Shown: positions 14,736-27,117, counted from the whole stretch's first letter. The stretch: DNA of 63,159 bases, filler included, from Stramenopiles sp. TOSAG23-2 (GCA_900128395.1; 13 parts of 13 records of this genome joined end to end with filler, not necessarily neighbours in it), one strand, 5' to 3'. Notes: a model not told the origin generated them from the letters alone. Made by a program: numbers and translations.

Positions 14736-17700
14736 TTACTTCTTCCCGTAGCCACCACCACCTGGTGTTTTAATGACAAACATATCACCAGTTTCAACTT
14801 CGAAACTGCCACGATGGCCAATTTCTACAATTTCATCATTTGTTGTTAAAAGATAATTCTTACCTAAAGATCCATCTTCACCACCATTCAGACCAAACGG
14901 TGCAATTTTACGTCTATTAGCTAACATGGAAACTGTCATTGGTTCATTAAATTTAATTTTTCGTACAATACCATCACCACCATCGAATTGTCCTTTTCCA
15001 CCAGAACCTTCACGTACACCAAACGATTCTAAAGTCAATGGAAAGCGAAATTCTAAAATTTCTGGATCTGTAAGGCGTGTATTTGTCATATGTGAATGTA
15101 CAGCATGTTGTCCATGATGATCTGGCCCTGCACCAGTACCACCACAAATCGTTTCGTAATAATTTAATCCCTCTTCATTTCCAAATGTAAAATTATTCAT
15201 AGTGCCTTGTGATCCAGCTAGGCGACCTAACGCACCATATAAGCAATCAGTAACGGTTTGCGATACTTCGACATTTCCAGCAACAACTGCAGCAGGATGT
15301 AATGGGTTTACCATGGAACCTTCTGGTAATATTAAATTTAAAGGTTTTAGACAACCAGCATTCAATGGAATGCGATCATTTACAAGTGTACGGAATACGT
15401 AAATGACTGCAGCGATAGCAATAGCTTTCGGTGCGTTAAAATTAGTTGGTTGTTGATTTGCAGTGCCAGTAAAATCTATCGTAGCATTTCGATTCTCTTT
15501 ATCAACAGTCACTTTCACCTTTACAAAGGGAGTTCCATCCTCATCGCTATCCATTTCATATGTAAATTCTCCATCTTCCAGCGCATCGATTACACGTCGA
15601 ACCGATTCCTCTGCATTATCTTGCACATGTCCCATATACGCTTGAACTGTATCTAAACCAAATTGTTTTGTCATTTTATGCAATTCTACAATCCCAGCAG
15701 TATTTGCAGCAATTTGAGCTCGTAAATCGCTTAAGTTTTGATCAACATTTCTTGATGGATATTTATGACTACTAAAAAGTTCAACAGTCTCTTTTTCTCG
15801 TAATGTGCCTTGATCGACTAATTTAAAATTATCTACTAAAATACCTTCTTCCTCGATGGATCGGCTAAATGGTGGCATACTACCTGGGGTTATACCACCA
15901 ATTTCACTATGATGCCCACGTGATGCAACGTAAAACAATGGTTTTTTATCAGCATTATTACCTCCATTCGTATAATCTTCCTCTTTAAATACAGGTGTGA
16001 TAACTGTGACATCTGGAATGTGCGTGCCACCGTTATATGGTGCATTTGTCATAAAAACATCGCCTGGTTTCATTTCATTTGAACCATCAATGATACTTTT
16101 AACAGATTCGGACATTGAACCTAAATGTACTGGTACGTGTGGTGCATTTGCAATCAAATTCCCATCTGGGTCAAAAAGTGCGCAAGAGAAATCCAAACGT
16201 TCTTTAATATTTACAGAGTATGATGTTTGCATCAACGTAGTTCCCATTTGCTCTGCAATTGCCATAAATAAATTATTAAATACTTCTAATTGCACTGGGT
16301 CGCATGTTGTACCAATTGCACTTTGACGTTCTTTCTCTACTATACGATTTAATACTAAATGTCCACGATCAGTTAATTGTGCTTGCCATCCTGGTTCTAT
16401 TACATTAGTTCCAATTGCTTCATTAATAATAGCCGGGCCATCTACAATATCACCCGGTTTCATATCGTCACGTTCATATACATTGGTATCATCCCGCATT
16501 GCATTGTCCATATAAGTTTGAACCGTGCTAATTGGCTCTAATAAATGATTTTTTTCCTTTTCATTTAAAATAGGATCTTCCACGGAACCTGTAGGTGCAG
16601 AAGCCTCTACAGCAATACTTTCACAAATTAACTCTTTTCCTTCCATAATAAATCCAAATTGTTGCCGATGTCTATTTTCAAAATCAGTTTTAACAAGATC
16701 TAAATCTCCACCCGACCAATCACAAAGCAATGCTGTATCTGTCCCATCATATCGTATTTGTGCTTTTAAACTTAACGTGATATCATTTTCGTGAACACCT
16801 TGCGCCATTATTTCATCTTTTGCTGTTTTACATAATGCCTCAAATGATGTTTCAACTGCATTTTTGCCACCACTACCAACAGTTGCACTTGAAAGTTTTG
16901 TTTCAACAACAGCTTCGCGGATAGTACGAATATCTGCTAAACCCATACCATATGCAGATAAAACACCAGCATATGGATGCAAAAAAATAGATTTCATTCC
17001 TAATGCATCAGCAACTAAACATGCATGTTGCCCTCCAGCACCACCAAAAGAACATAACGTTGCTTTTGTAGGATCTATCCCACGTTTCGTCGTAATATCT
17101 TTAATTGCTAAAGCCATATGATCAATTGCAATTTTTAAAAACCCATCCGCAACTTCACTTGGCGTTTTATTATCCAACTCAGGAAAAGCATTGTTAATCT
17201 CATTTGTTACTTTTTCAAACCTTTCTTGCACCGTTTCAATATCTAATGGCTGATCTGCATTAGGGCCAAAGACGCTAGGAAATAATTCTGGTCTTAATTT
17301 TCCAAGCATGACATTACAATCACTTACTGCTAATCCAACAGCATGGGTAATATCTTTTGGTCCACCTCGACGATAACACGCTGGTCCTGGATTTGCACCT
17401 GCACTCTCCGGGCCAACACGTAAACGGGAACCATCAAATTGTAAAACTGATCCACCACCAGCAGCTACTGTATGTATATTCATCATCGGTGCACGCATAC
17501 GTACACCTGCTACTTCTGTTTCAAATGCACGTTCATATTCACCAGCATAATATGCTACATCCGTTGATGTCCCACCCATATCAAAACCTACAATTTTATA
17601 GAAACCAGCCAGTTCGCATGTACGTGCGGCGCCAACAATTCCACCAGCAGGTCCAGATAAAATAGAATCTTTTCCTTGAAATAAATCACTTGATTTTAAT

Positions 17701-18521
17701 CCACCATTTGATTGCATAAATAACAAACGTGTCTCTTGAAGCTCAGATGCAACTTGATCTACATATCGTCGTAAAATTGGACTTAAATACGCATCAACTG
17801 TTGTTGTGTCTCCACGAGATACTATTTTCATTAATGGAGATACCTCATGGGATAATGATATTTGTGTAAAACCTACACCTTTTGCCAATTCTCCTAATTT
17901 TTGCTCAAATTCAGGGTATCTATATGCATGCATTAAAACTATTGCTATTGAACGTATTCCTAAATCATATATACGTTGCATTTCTTTTAGTGCATAATCG
18001 GTATCTAATTCTTTTAAAATAGTACCATCAACACCGTGTCTCCCAGAAACTTCGCTCACTTCTTCGTATAATAATTCTGGTAAAATGATATTTCTAGCAA
18101 ATATATCTGGGCGTGCTTGATATGCAATTCGTAAAGCATCTCTGAAACCATCATTTATAAATAACGCAGTTCGATCACCTTTGCGTTCTAAAAGTGCATT
18201 TGTAGCAACTGTAGTTCCCATTTTGACTGCTTCAATTTTTTTACTCGGTATTGGATCGTTTTTAGGAATTCCCATAAGTATGCGAATACCATGTAATGCA
18301 GCATCCCTATAAACTTCCGGATTTTCACTTAATACTTTCGTCGTTGTTAATTTTCCGTTTGGATCTTGACCTACAATATCTGTAAAAGTACCACCACGAT
18401 CAATCCAAAATTCCCATTTATTATAGTTACATGTAGTCGTTGTTATTGATCTTACGTATTTTTTCCCCCATCTTCTGTTTAAAAGTGAAGGAACTTTATT
18501 GTGAATGAATTTTCTTAACAT
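14736..18521 (-). CDS. ATP-dependent 5-oxoprolinase (fused hydantoinase A/B) with N-terminal extension
   Basis: [110 protein letters not shown]. Confidence 0.96.
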   Translation of the reverse strand: MLRKFIHNKVPSLLNRRWGKKYVRSITTTTCNYNKWEFWIDRGGTFTDIVGQDPNGKLTTTKVLSENPEVYRDAALHGIRILMGIPKNDPIPSKKIEAVKMGTTVATNALLERKGDRTALFINDGFRDALRIAYQARPDIFARNIILPELLYEEVSEVSGRHGVDGTILKELDTDYALKEMQRIYDLGIRSIAIVLMHAYRYPEFEQKLGELAKGVGFTQISLSHEVSPLMKIVSRGDTTTVDAYLSPILRRYVDQVASELQETRLLFMQSNGGLKSSDLFQGKDSILSGPAGGIVGAARTCELAGFYKIVGFDMGGTSTDVAYYAGEYERAFETEVAGVRMRAPMMNIHTVAAGGGSVLQFDGSRLRVGPESAGANPGPACYRRGGPKDITHAVGLAVSDCNVMLGKLRPELFPSVFGPNADQPLDIETVQERFEKVTNEINNAFPELDNKTPSEVADGFLKIAIDHMALAIKDITTKRGIDPTKATLCSFGGAGGQHACLVADALGMKSIFLHPYAGVLSAYGMGLADIRTIREAVVETKLSSATVGSGGKNAVETSFEALCKTAKDEIMAQGVHENDITLSLKAQIRYDGTDTALLCDWSGGDLDLVKTDFENRHRQQFGFIMEGKELICESIAVEASAPTGSVEDPILNEKEKNHLLEPISTVQTYMDNAMRDDTNVYERDDMKPGDIVDGPAIINEAIGTNVIEPGWQAQLTDRGHLVLNRIVEKERQSAIGTTCDPVQLEVFNNLFMAIAEQMGTTLMQTSYSVNIKERLDFSCALFDPDGNLIANAPHVPVHLGSMSESVKSIIDGSNEMKPGDVFMTNAPYNGGTHIPDVTVITPVFKEEDYTNGGNNADKKPLFYVASRGHHSEIGGITPGSMPPFSRSIEEEGILVDNFKLVDQGTLREKETVELFSSHKYPSRNVDQNLSDLRAQIAANTAGIVELHKMTKQFGLDTVQAYMGHVQDNAEESVRRVIDALEDGEFTYEMDSDEDGTPFVKVKVTVDKENRNATIDFTGTANQQPTNFNAPKAIAIAAVIYVFRTLVNDRIPLNAGCLKPLNLILPEGSMVNPLHPAAVVAGNVEVSQTVTDCLYGALGRLAGSQGTMNNFTFGNEEGLNYYETICGGTGAGPDHHGQHAVHSHMTNTRLTDPEILEFRFPLTLESFGVREGSGGKGQFDGGDGIVRKIKFNEPMTVSMLANRRKIAPFGLNGGEDGSLGKNYLLTTNDEIVEIGHRGSFEVETGDMFVIKTPGGGGYGKK

Positions 18522-19116
18522 GTTTTCTCTTTTTAAATGAAAATCCTAATATCTTTTTGAGATGAATTTGGATATATGTTTTTCTTCATCACTAGTATGT
18601 ATAAATTTATAAAAAGATACATATAATTATTTTCAACCAACCACATTCATATATATCTGCTGGTTTGTCGGTCCGACTACTTGGAAATAGGATGGAGTCA
18701 GCATTACCACCAACTGTCAGTGGTGGTAACATATAAAACATACAGTATAAACACAAATTGCAAACTTTTTTTTTCTTTTTTCTAGTGTTGCTACGAGGAG
18801 TCGTCTATAATAACAACTAGAGTTGCTAGCCAGGCTAGACGGTTTTCCATCAGTTGTAGCTAGATAGTGATACTGTCCATATGATTAGCATGGACATATC
18901 ATGTATATTATAGCTAATTATTGCCAACAACTTATATCTTATTAATATCTTTTTTTATTTTGATGATACATATATATGTACACATTTCTCTCGCGTATAT
19001 ATGTATGTACACATATAGATTTATATGCATAAGATACAGATCAATGTAGAAAGAACAGTATTGTGGAGATATTATTAACACCCTTATACGATACAACAAA
19101 CAATAAAACAAAAACG

Positions 19117-19458
19117 ATGTCTGGAATAACTACAAAAAAAAATCGAAGGAAAAGTTCCTTAATTATAACAGAACTTCCATCTCCAACAAACAAAATAATA
19201 GTACAAGATGTACCAATGGCAAAAGATGGGATAATGGAAAAGCCTAATGCATCGTCAGAAAACAAGATGACATCAGATAAAAATCTTATAAAAGAAACTT
19301 TACCTTCAAAATTGCCAATTGATAATGAAAAGGGCACTGATATAACGAAAACGGAAAATGCATTATCAAACGAAGCTAGTACAAAAACTATTACAAGTAT
19401 CCGTAGCTCAGCAGATGCAGAAACCAAAAAATTTTCATATTTCCAAATGGCAAAATCT
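19117..19458 (+). CDS. Hypothetical low-complexity protein N-terminus (3' partial)
   Basis: Open frame from ATG 19117 into the linker; no recognisable domain. Confidence 0.45.
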
Positions 19459-19560
19459 NNNNNNNNNNNNNNNNNNNNNNNNNNNNNNNNNNNNNNNNNN
19501 NNTTAATTAATTAANNNNNNNNNNNNNNNNNNNNNNNNNNNNNNNNNNNNNNNNNNNNTA

Positions 19561-20319
19561 AAATATAAAGATGAAAACCATTTTTATTGGGAACTGATCA
19601 TATTTGCCAGGAAAATATTCATTTTATTTATTGCAAAGTTTTTAACAAATCGCCCTGTAGCATCTATGCCACTGCAAACTTTTATAGGACTTGTATCGTT
19701 ATATTTGCAATATCGTTTTAGCCCATATGTAGATGATTGTCCAACAGAACGTATTGGAAAATGGGATTCAAATGCAAATAACCGTTTGGAAGTTATGTTT
19801 TTATTTGGAGAAATCTTACTTTTCATTGGGCAATTTATTCATGGTATCATGGTCAGTAACGATAAATCTGCAGATCAAACTACATTAGATGAAAGCCAAC
19901 CATTTGCAAGGACGATGGCAACAATATTTGAATGGCTTGGTATTATTAGTCTTTTTTTAAGTATGGCATACTTTTTAGCAGTTCATATATATCATAAAAT
20001 TTTAAAACGAAAAGAAAAAGCAAAGCTTAAACAAGAGTTAGCCAAGAAAAACAACATACGTAGAACTACAATGAATCCATTGCAACAAATTGAAATAGAA
20101 ATTCCTAGCGTATCCGAAAACAACGATGAAGATAATACCACTGGGAAGAAACCAAGACTCAACACGAGATCATCTACAATGAATCCATTGTACATACCAT
20201 CTGCCAGCAAGTCGCAGCGACGCGTTAGCACTGGGCGCAAACCAAGTCTTGGTATTATGAATGCCTTAAACTTACGTGATAAAGAAATAGTCAAGATTCA
20301 GCAGAATATATCCAAATGA
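19561..20319 (+). CDS. C-terminal multi-TM region of a large protist membrane protein (YWE..RK / PY TRP-like TM bundle), 5' partial, possibly frameshifted at the 3' end
   Basis: Open from the contig edge: KYKDENHFYWELIIFARKIFILFI...LYLQYRFSPY...NRLEVMFL; about 4 TM helices followed by a charged tail. Confidence 0.7.
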   Translation, partial: KYKDENHFYWELIIFARKIFILFIAKFLTNRPVASMPLQTFIGLVSLYLQYRFSPYVDDCPTERIGKWDSNANNRLEVMFLFGEILLFIGQFIHGIMVSNDKSADQTTLDESQPFARTMATIFEWLGIISLFLSMAYFLAVHIYHKILKRKEKAKLKQELAKKNNIRRTTMNPLQQIEIEIPSVSENNDEDNTTGKKPRLNTRSSTMNPLYIPSASKSQRRVSTGRKPSLGIMNALNLRDKEIVKIQQNISK

Positions 20320-21113
20320 TGATATTGAATTAAATATTCTAAATCCAATTAGTAATAATAATAATGATGGTGACAATGACGAGGAAGCAAGACGTCGTGC
20401 AAGAAGAAGACGACGTAGACGTAAAAGACTTGAATCAAAAAATTTAAAATTTCCAATTGGTTCAACTGTTAAATTAAAAGATGATGAAAATGAGACATTT
20501 AACAGTCATAAAATATAATGCGGAAACTAAAAAATATACTTGTAAATACGATGATGATGATGTAGAAGATGCGTTTGAAGAGAATGAATTGAATTGATGT
20601 TGGAACGTCCAGATTGAAAGTTCATTTAAGAAAATTGTGGCGCTGTTTAATTCTTTACACAATTTATTTTTACTTTCTTAAATCTTAAATATGTGTATTT
20701 GTTGTACAAATTATTATTCTTTTTTTACCTTTGTGTTTTTTTAACTTTTAACTGATTATTTTTTATATTTGTGCGTGATTCCCAATCAATTCCCAATATA
20801 CTATTTCTACTACTCATCATCATATTTAAAATACAAGTATAGAAATTTTATATATAAAATTTGATAAAAAGTTGTGGTGGTGCATAAATACATACAGAAA
20901 TTATCATTATATACTCCCATCATATTTAAAAATCATATATTACATATATATTCAGAATTCGTCTCTATATTTATCGCTTTCGAATTTTTTCGTCTATTTG
21001 TTATACATTATAATAATTTAAATTATAAATTATTCAACCAAATTAATCCCACATACTATTAATCCTCCGTATAATTTCAAATAATCATCTATAATAAATT
21101 CATTATATACACC

Positions 21114-23398
21114 ATGAATCATACAACAAACCAAATCAAAATATTACTAATAGGTTTAATATCAATAACCATTGCAACATCATCAACAACAACCAACCAA
21201 ATTTGTTGGATAAAAGATGAAACGAAACAAATCGATAGTAAATACAACATGAAATGCCACTGTAATTCAATAACTTCATGCGTAAATATTGCTACACAAA
21301 CAAATTGTACAGCATTACCACGTTGTTATTCTATTAAAGGCACTGGATCAACGAACGGATGTGGATGGTGTTGGGATATACAAAATACTACAAATCGTAT
21401 CGTTGGTGGATTATGGGGTAATAAAAATGGCCCTGCAACATCTACATGTAATGATTGGACATTTTATTCTTCAGAGTGTAAATCACATGTATATTGTAAA
21501 CGTGATATACCAACATGTCAAGGTATTTTATCAACAAATTGTGGATGGTGTAATAATCAATATGCAACAAAAGGTAATATATTTGGTCCATCGAAAAAAA
21601 ATGAATGTTCAAATAGTTACATATGGGATCATAGTAAATGTCCAACAATAAAAAATACAATTGAACAAGTACATTTATCATTTACAAATTTAAATGCAAG
21701 TGAATATGGTATTACATTTGCATCGGATATAAATACAAACAATGGGACATTGATCTTTTATACTTCTACCAATGGTCATGACAATAACACATCACTATTA
21801 ATTCAATATCCAATTGACAAACCAACTAATTTTATTGAAACAAATGATAATGGATTACAATATATTTATCGTGTATTATTTGATATCAACGATACAAATA
21901 TATTTTTACCAGATCATATCTATAAATATCAAATACAATTATGTAAGAACAACAACAACAACGATTGTTATTTAAGTAAATTATATGAATTGAAAACACG
22001 TAGATATGATTTTTCAAATGAGAAACCATTATCAATATTAATGTATGGTGATATGGGAAGGCGTAAGTTAAACATATATATATATACATAGACAATCATC
22101 CCTCATTTCTCTAACAATAAATATATACATGATGCATATATATACACATAAATTATCTAGATGGTGGTGGACAAATTTTAGGTTCAATAAAAAATGAATT
22201 ACTTGGTAAAGGTGTAACATCAACAACAACAACAACAACAACAGATGCGATTATACATATTGGTGATTTTGGATATGATTTACAATCTAATAATGGTTTA
22301 AATGGAGATACATTTTTACAACGTATTGAATCAATTGCTACATCAATACCATATATGACATGTCCAGGTAATCATGAGATTCAAACAAATGGTGAAACAA
22401 ATGCTGCATATTTTGCACATTATCGTAATCGTTTTACAATGCCATTATCAATGAATAATAATGGTTTAAATATGTGGTATTCCTTTAATTTTGGACTTGT
22501 ACATTTCATTGCATTTAGTAGTGAAGTCTTTTTTGCTGCATCTAATGATGTCCAAGAACGTATGTTAACCTGGTTAAAAAAAGATTTGGAACAAGCAAAT
22601 TTAAATCGAAAAGATGTACCATGGATTGTTACGTTTGCGGTATGTTTGTATTGATATATATATGTATGTAAACATTTACTAACTCCATATTTTTTTTTAC
22701 ACACACAGCATCGACCAATGTATTGTAGTAATGCTGATGGTGATGATTGTACAAAAATCAATTCAAAAACACGTTTAGCAGTTGAAGAATTATTTCATTT
22801 ACAAGGTGTTGATTTGGATTTTTCAGCACATGAACATAGTTATGAACGTTTATATCCTGTATATAATTATACAATATCGAAAATCAATAATAAAAATACA
22901 ACGAAACAAAATTGTATTAATGATATTGGTTGTCAAGGTATTACATATTATAAAAATATGGAAAGTATGGTACATATAGTTAGTGGTGTAAGTATATTTC
23001 TGTAGGGTATATAGTCGTTCGTTGTCTATTAGTTGTTCATTTCTCTAACAAGATATATATATATAATAGGCTGCTGGTTGCAATGAAAATTCTGGTGCAT
23101 GTTTAAATCCAATTAAAGAAGCACGTGGACCATGGAGGTAAGTATATATATGTATATGTCTTGTATTTTACCATATGTTTTTCTTCTCTAACACATATTG
23201 TTTTGTGTTTTATCTTTATATATTTTGAAATTATATAGTGCATTTCATTTATCTGCAGAAGGTACATATTCATATGGACGTTTGACAGTATATAATGAAA
23301 CAACATTGCGATGGCAAGTTGTCATTGCAGAGGAAGAACGTGTTGTGGATGATTTAATGTTAGTACAAATAAATGGGCATGGTAAACGGAGTTTTTAA
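21114..23398 (+). CDS. Secreted purple acid phosphatase (ACP7/PAPL-like) with Cys-rich PSI-like N-terminus; 5 exons (21114-22062, 22161-22639, 22709-22987, 23070-23137, 23239-23398)
   Basis: Signal peptide. After splicing four GT-AG introns all five metal motifs appear: GDMG, GDFGY, GNHE, VTFAH(RPMYCS), AHEHSYER, followed by VHIVSGAAGC and PWSAF...YGRLTVYN. Confidence 0.92.
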
Positions 23399-23583
23399 CA
23401 AGAGAAGAAAGAAGAGGGAGAAGAAGCGGGGTAGAGAAGGGTGAGACCAAGAGGTCGTGAGATCTGGGAGATGTAGTTTTCAATATTAATAAAATTATTA
23501 TAACTAATATTTTTAAAAATAATGTTTTACAAAATTTTATTTTTATACGCACGTATATAGTAAAAAAACACCCTTCGTCTGAA

Positions 23584-23586
<3 letters not shown>

Positions 23587-23633
<47 letters not shown>
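23587..23633. repeat. (CA)n microsatellite
   Basis: About 23 CA units. Confidence 0.95.
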
Positions 23634-23636
<3 letters not shown>

Positions 23637-23873
23637 CTTTTATCTTTTGACCATGACGTTTGTTGGACTGAAAGATAGAGAGGATTGGACGACAAGTTGA
23701 CCCAAGATATTTACTTTTATACCAACTTTCCCACAACTCTCCACAATCACTACAAAAATTGGTGGTGACCTCTCTCTCTCTTTCTTTTTATTTTCAAAGT
23801 CTCAAACGTCGTTTTAATTAATGTGTTTTATTCAAATGTTTTCAATATATATACTATCACTTTATTTTTTTTT

Positions 23874-23939
23874 ATCAAGTACAAATACAATTTGTAAAAT
23901 TTCTTTTTTCTTTTATTGTTTATTGTACTGTACTATCAT
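23874..23939 (-). promoter_or_regulatory. SECIS element candidate (type II) in the SelT 3' UTR
   Basis: Minus strand reads ATGAT-AGTACAGTACAAT-AAAC...TAAAA/TTTTA ministem...ATTGTATTTGTACT-TGAT: AUGA/GA core, 13-bp helix II with one bulge, apical AAA; 145 nt after the SelT stop. Confidence 0.75.
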
Positions 23940-24083
23940 TTCATTTTATAACATTATCTTTACTATTATCTTTTCTACATAAATATAAATAACCACCATG
24001 ATGACAGAAGTTTCATCTATCCATTTTTCAAACAATATTTCACAAGTGCATCAATTTTCATTTTTAACACACCTTTTGCGTTT

Positions 24084-24334
24084 TTAACGTTTTGATAAAC
24101 CTCTGTCACCTAATATATGGACAATTTCTTGTATGGAGGGCATTCTATTTTCATGTAATTTACTAAATATTAATTCATTATTATGTTGAATTTCAAATGC
24201 ACCAGTTGAACACATATTTTGTGCAATACTATTACCAATCCATATAAACATAAATACAGTCATTTTATTTTCTTGAAAAGATTTATACCATAATGGTGGT
24301 TGGTTAATACCACACATTTGTAATATATTATCAC
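24084..24334 (-). CDS. SELENOT: Selenoprotein T-like (Rdx family), C-terminal part (5' partial)
   Basis: DNILQMCGINQPPLWY..QENKM...IWIGNSIAQNMCSTGAFEI..NNELIFSKL..NRMPSIQEIV matches the SelT C-terminus; the CxxU/C motif lies beyond the contig edge. Confidence 0.88.
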
Positions 24335-24881
24335 NNNNNNNNNNNNNNNNNNNNNNNNNNNNNNNNNNNNNNNNNNNNTTAATTAATTAANNNNNNNNNN
24401 NNNNNNNNNNNNNNNNNNNNNNNNNNNNNNNNNNTTGGTAATCATATATTCATTCTGTACATCTATTAATTGGCCTATCGTTATTAAAATAAATCAAAAT
24501 TTTATGAGTAATAAAGTTTTTTTTCAGTATAGTGCTAAAAATATGAACAGCACAACACATTATTATTAGAATTATAATACAAGTATTTATATTATTAGAG
24601 CTACCTGTACTACTGTAGGGTGCGTATATAAAGAAAGGTGTTAATATTATGTATATCAAACGATGATTTGTTCATTTGCCAGTGTGCATGTTAGGGTGTA
24701 GTATATACACACTGTACTCATAATAAATAACTATAGTCTGACGCACACCTAAAATCATAGACGACTTGCATTATCACTTAGTGCCTTATGAAAAAAACAC
24801 AATTAACGTATATATATATACATATATATATATTAATCATCGACTTATCATATATTAGATAGCCTATAGACGCGTTGCTTT

Positions 24882-26129
24882 ATGTCACCAACGCTAACTT
24901 ACATCAAAGGTAATATTACCTCGTGTGTGGAGTGTCCAATCTTACAAAATAACGATTATTACGCCACATGTCATGTTGTGAAGAATAACGTAATCTGCCA
25001 GTGTAAATATCCGTTTGTATTCAATGATGATCAAACTAAATGTGTACATTTTTATCACGATGATATTCCAATATATCTGCTGAATTATTTAATATTAATA
25101 CCTCTCCATTTCTATTTACTAGTATCAACTTTGCGTTTATATATTCATAAAGTAAAAAAACTGTGCGAACGAAAAAATCCAACAAACAAATATGAAAAAG
25201 TAACAATGTTGATTAATGGGAATACAGCAATTTCATCCATGCTATTATGTTTTATGTATTTATTGTGCAAAGGTATACGGGAATCAATATTTGTATGGAT
25301 CAAACCTAGTATGTATATTTCTTTAAGAGCAGCATTTTATTTTTTATGCGGCGTAGGCACATTATTGTTTTATAACTTATCTATTATGACTACCAAACAT
25401 AATAATAATATGCGTTTAAAAAAATGTTTACGTACCTTTTCTTTATGTTTTTGCTGTCTCGGTGTTATTTTGCTCAGCGTTGGTGCATATATTAAAACGT
25501 GGCCATCCATAGTTACAGATATTTTTAATCAATATATGACTGCTTTATATGCTTTATTACTAGTCGTCGGCATTATTTATTTTGGTAAGAAGATTACATC
25601 ACGACTTTCAGCATTCAATAGTTCACAGAGTGATGATGATACAAATAAAAATAATAGAACGACAAGCTCATCAAGAAGTACCGGTGCCAGAGAAAGAAAG
25701 AAAATACAAATATTACTTGTCATGAATTTTTATTTAAAAATGTTGGTAGTGTATTTAGGTATAATGGTATTTTGTGTTGTATTTGAAAATCGCAAAATGT
25801 ACAATAATACATGGCATCCATATACTAAAGCAAAGCAACTGGTTTTTACAATTTTGTGGAGAATCAGTGATTTTATAGTAGTTATTTCTGTTCTTCGTAT
25901 TTTTGAAGGTACCACTTCATCAAGATTTTTTCCTTGGTTGCATATATGTAAAAAAGATCTAGAAAGTTTAGATAGCGAAGGAAATGTTAAAAAAATATCA
26001 AGTTATGGGATGTCTAGTTATAATGCCGAAGATTATCTTGTTGATGGTAAATTACCAAATGAAACTATCAATCCAGTAGCTTTAGCTGAGTTATCAATAT
26101 TGGATGTGAAGACAGAAGAGGGAGTATGA
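24882..26129 (+). CDS. Seven-transmembrane (GPCR-like) protein with Cys-rich EGF-like N-terminus
   Basis: CVEC...CHV....ICQCKYPF......KC followed by seven hydrophobic segments, with a polar loop between TM5 and TM6. Confidence 0.65.
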   Translation: MSPTLTYIKGNITSCVECPILQNNDYYATCHVVKNNVICQCKYPFVFNDDQTKCVHFYHDDIPIYLLNYLILIPLHFYLLVSTLRLYIHKVKKLCERKNPTNKYEKVTMLINGNTAISSMLLCFMYLLCKGIRESIFVWIKPSMYISLRAAFYFLCGVGTLLFYNLSIMTTKHNNNMRLKKCLRTFSLCFCCLGVILLSVGAYIKTWPSIVTDIFNQYMTALYALLLVVGIIYFGKKITSRLSAFNSSQSDDDTNKNNRTTSSSRSTGARERKKIQILLVMNFYLKMLVVYLGIMVFCVVFENRKMYNNTWHPYTKAKQLVFTILWRISDFIVVISVLRIFEGTTSSRFFPWLHICKKDLESLDSEGNVKKISSYGMSSYNAEDYLVDGKLPNETINPVALAELSILDVKTEEGV

Positions 26130-26353
26130 TATGATAAGAAAAAAATAATTCCTCGTTAACAAAAATGTTTTATAATATAATATAAAAAATTCTCTTATTC
26201 ATAAGTTAAAGATATATGCATATTAAAAAAAAAAAAACATTTTTTTATTTTAAAATATTTTTCATAATGTTTTTTTTAATTTATAATTTTAAAAATAAAA
26301 TCTGCTAACAAAAAGAATAAAATATACTATATTTCAAATATAAAATATTATAG

Positions 26354-27117
26354 GGAATGAAAAAGAATTCAAAGGTGTAATATTTAAAGGTGTAACAAGA
26401 ACAGCACCCGTATTACAAGAGGAACGGCAAAAAATAAATAGTGAAATAGGTAAAGATAGAAATAGTATCTTGCCATCAACATTGTATCCATCAAATATTT
26501 TAACAGTGGAACATCTTGAAACTGGTATTACATTAACATTTAGTTGCATGGATGCATTACGACATCAAGATAATACAACTGGATATATGGGAACAATTAC
26601 TACAAATAAAGAGATATTTCGAAAATTATTATCACAAAAACGTTTGATTGAAGCCCCTAATTTTGGCAAGCCAATAGTACAACCAACACCAAAAATACCA
26701 GTCGAATTATTACGAACACGTGGTGATATGCATTTTTATGATTCGATTTTACTTTTTAAACATGAAGTTAAAAATACTGTGAAACATACAATGGAAGTCA
26801 AAATTCGAACGATGGATTCATTTTATTTAATATTGTTAAGGGAACATATACATATTGTAGGAAAAAGTGTAACATTACGTGATATTAGATATTTTTATGC
26901 ATTCCAACAAAGTTCAATTATCATACGTGATTTAGAAGAACGATATAGTACAATTGAAAATTTAAGAAATATATCAATGCAACAACGTCCAAGATCAGCA
27001 TCTTTAAATGAACGTGTGAAACAAGATGAACAATATTTTACACAACCAGAACAAGTTTATGAATATTTAAAACCAAGAAAAAGTATGAATCAAATTATAC
27101 CAACAGTGATTGATTAA
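26354..27117 (+). CDS. TIP41: TIP41/TIPRL-like PP2A regulator (true start unresolved)
   Basis: LPSTLYPSNILTVEH..GITLTFSCMDAL, IPVELL...HFYDSILLF.HE, VKIRTM..FYLILLR..I..V....LRDIRY. Frame is open from 26344 without ATG; candidate acceptor TAG at 26353 and branch GCTAAC at about 26304. Confidence 0.75.

Noticed and set aside
26124-26353. Splice fusion of the 7TM gene to TIP41 via GTATGA...TAG
   Set aside because: The donor is phase 0 but the acceptor needs phase 1, so the join is out of frame.
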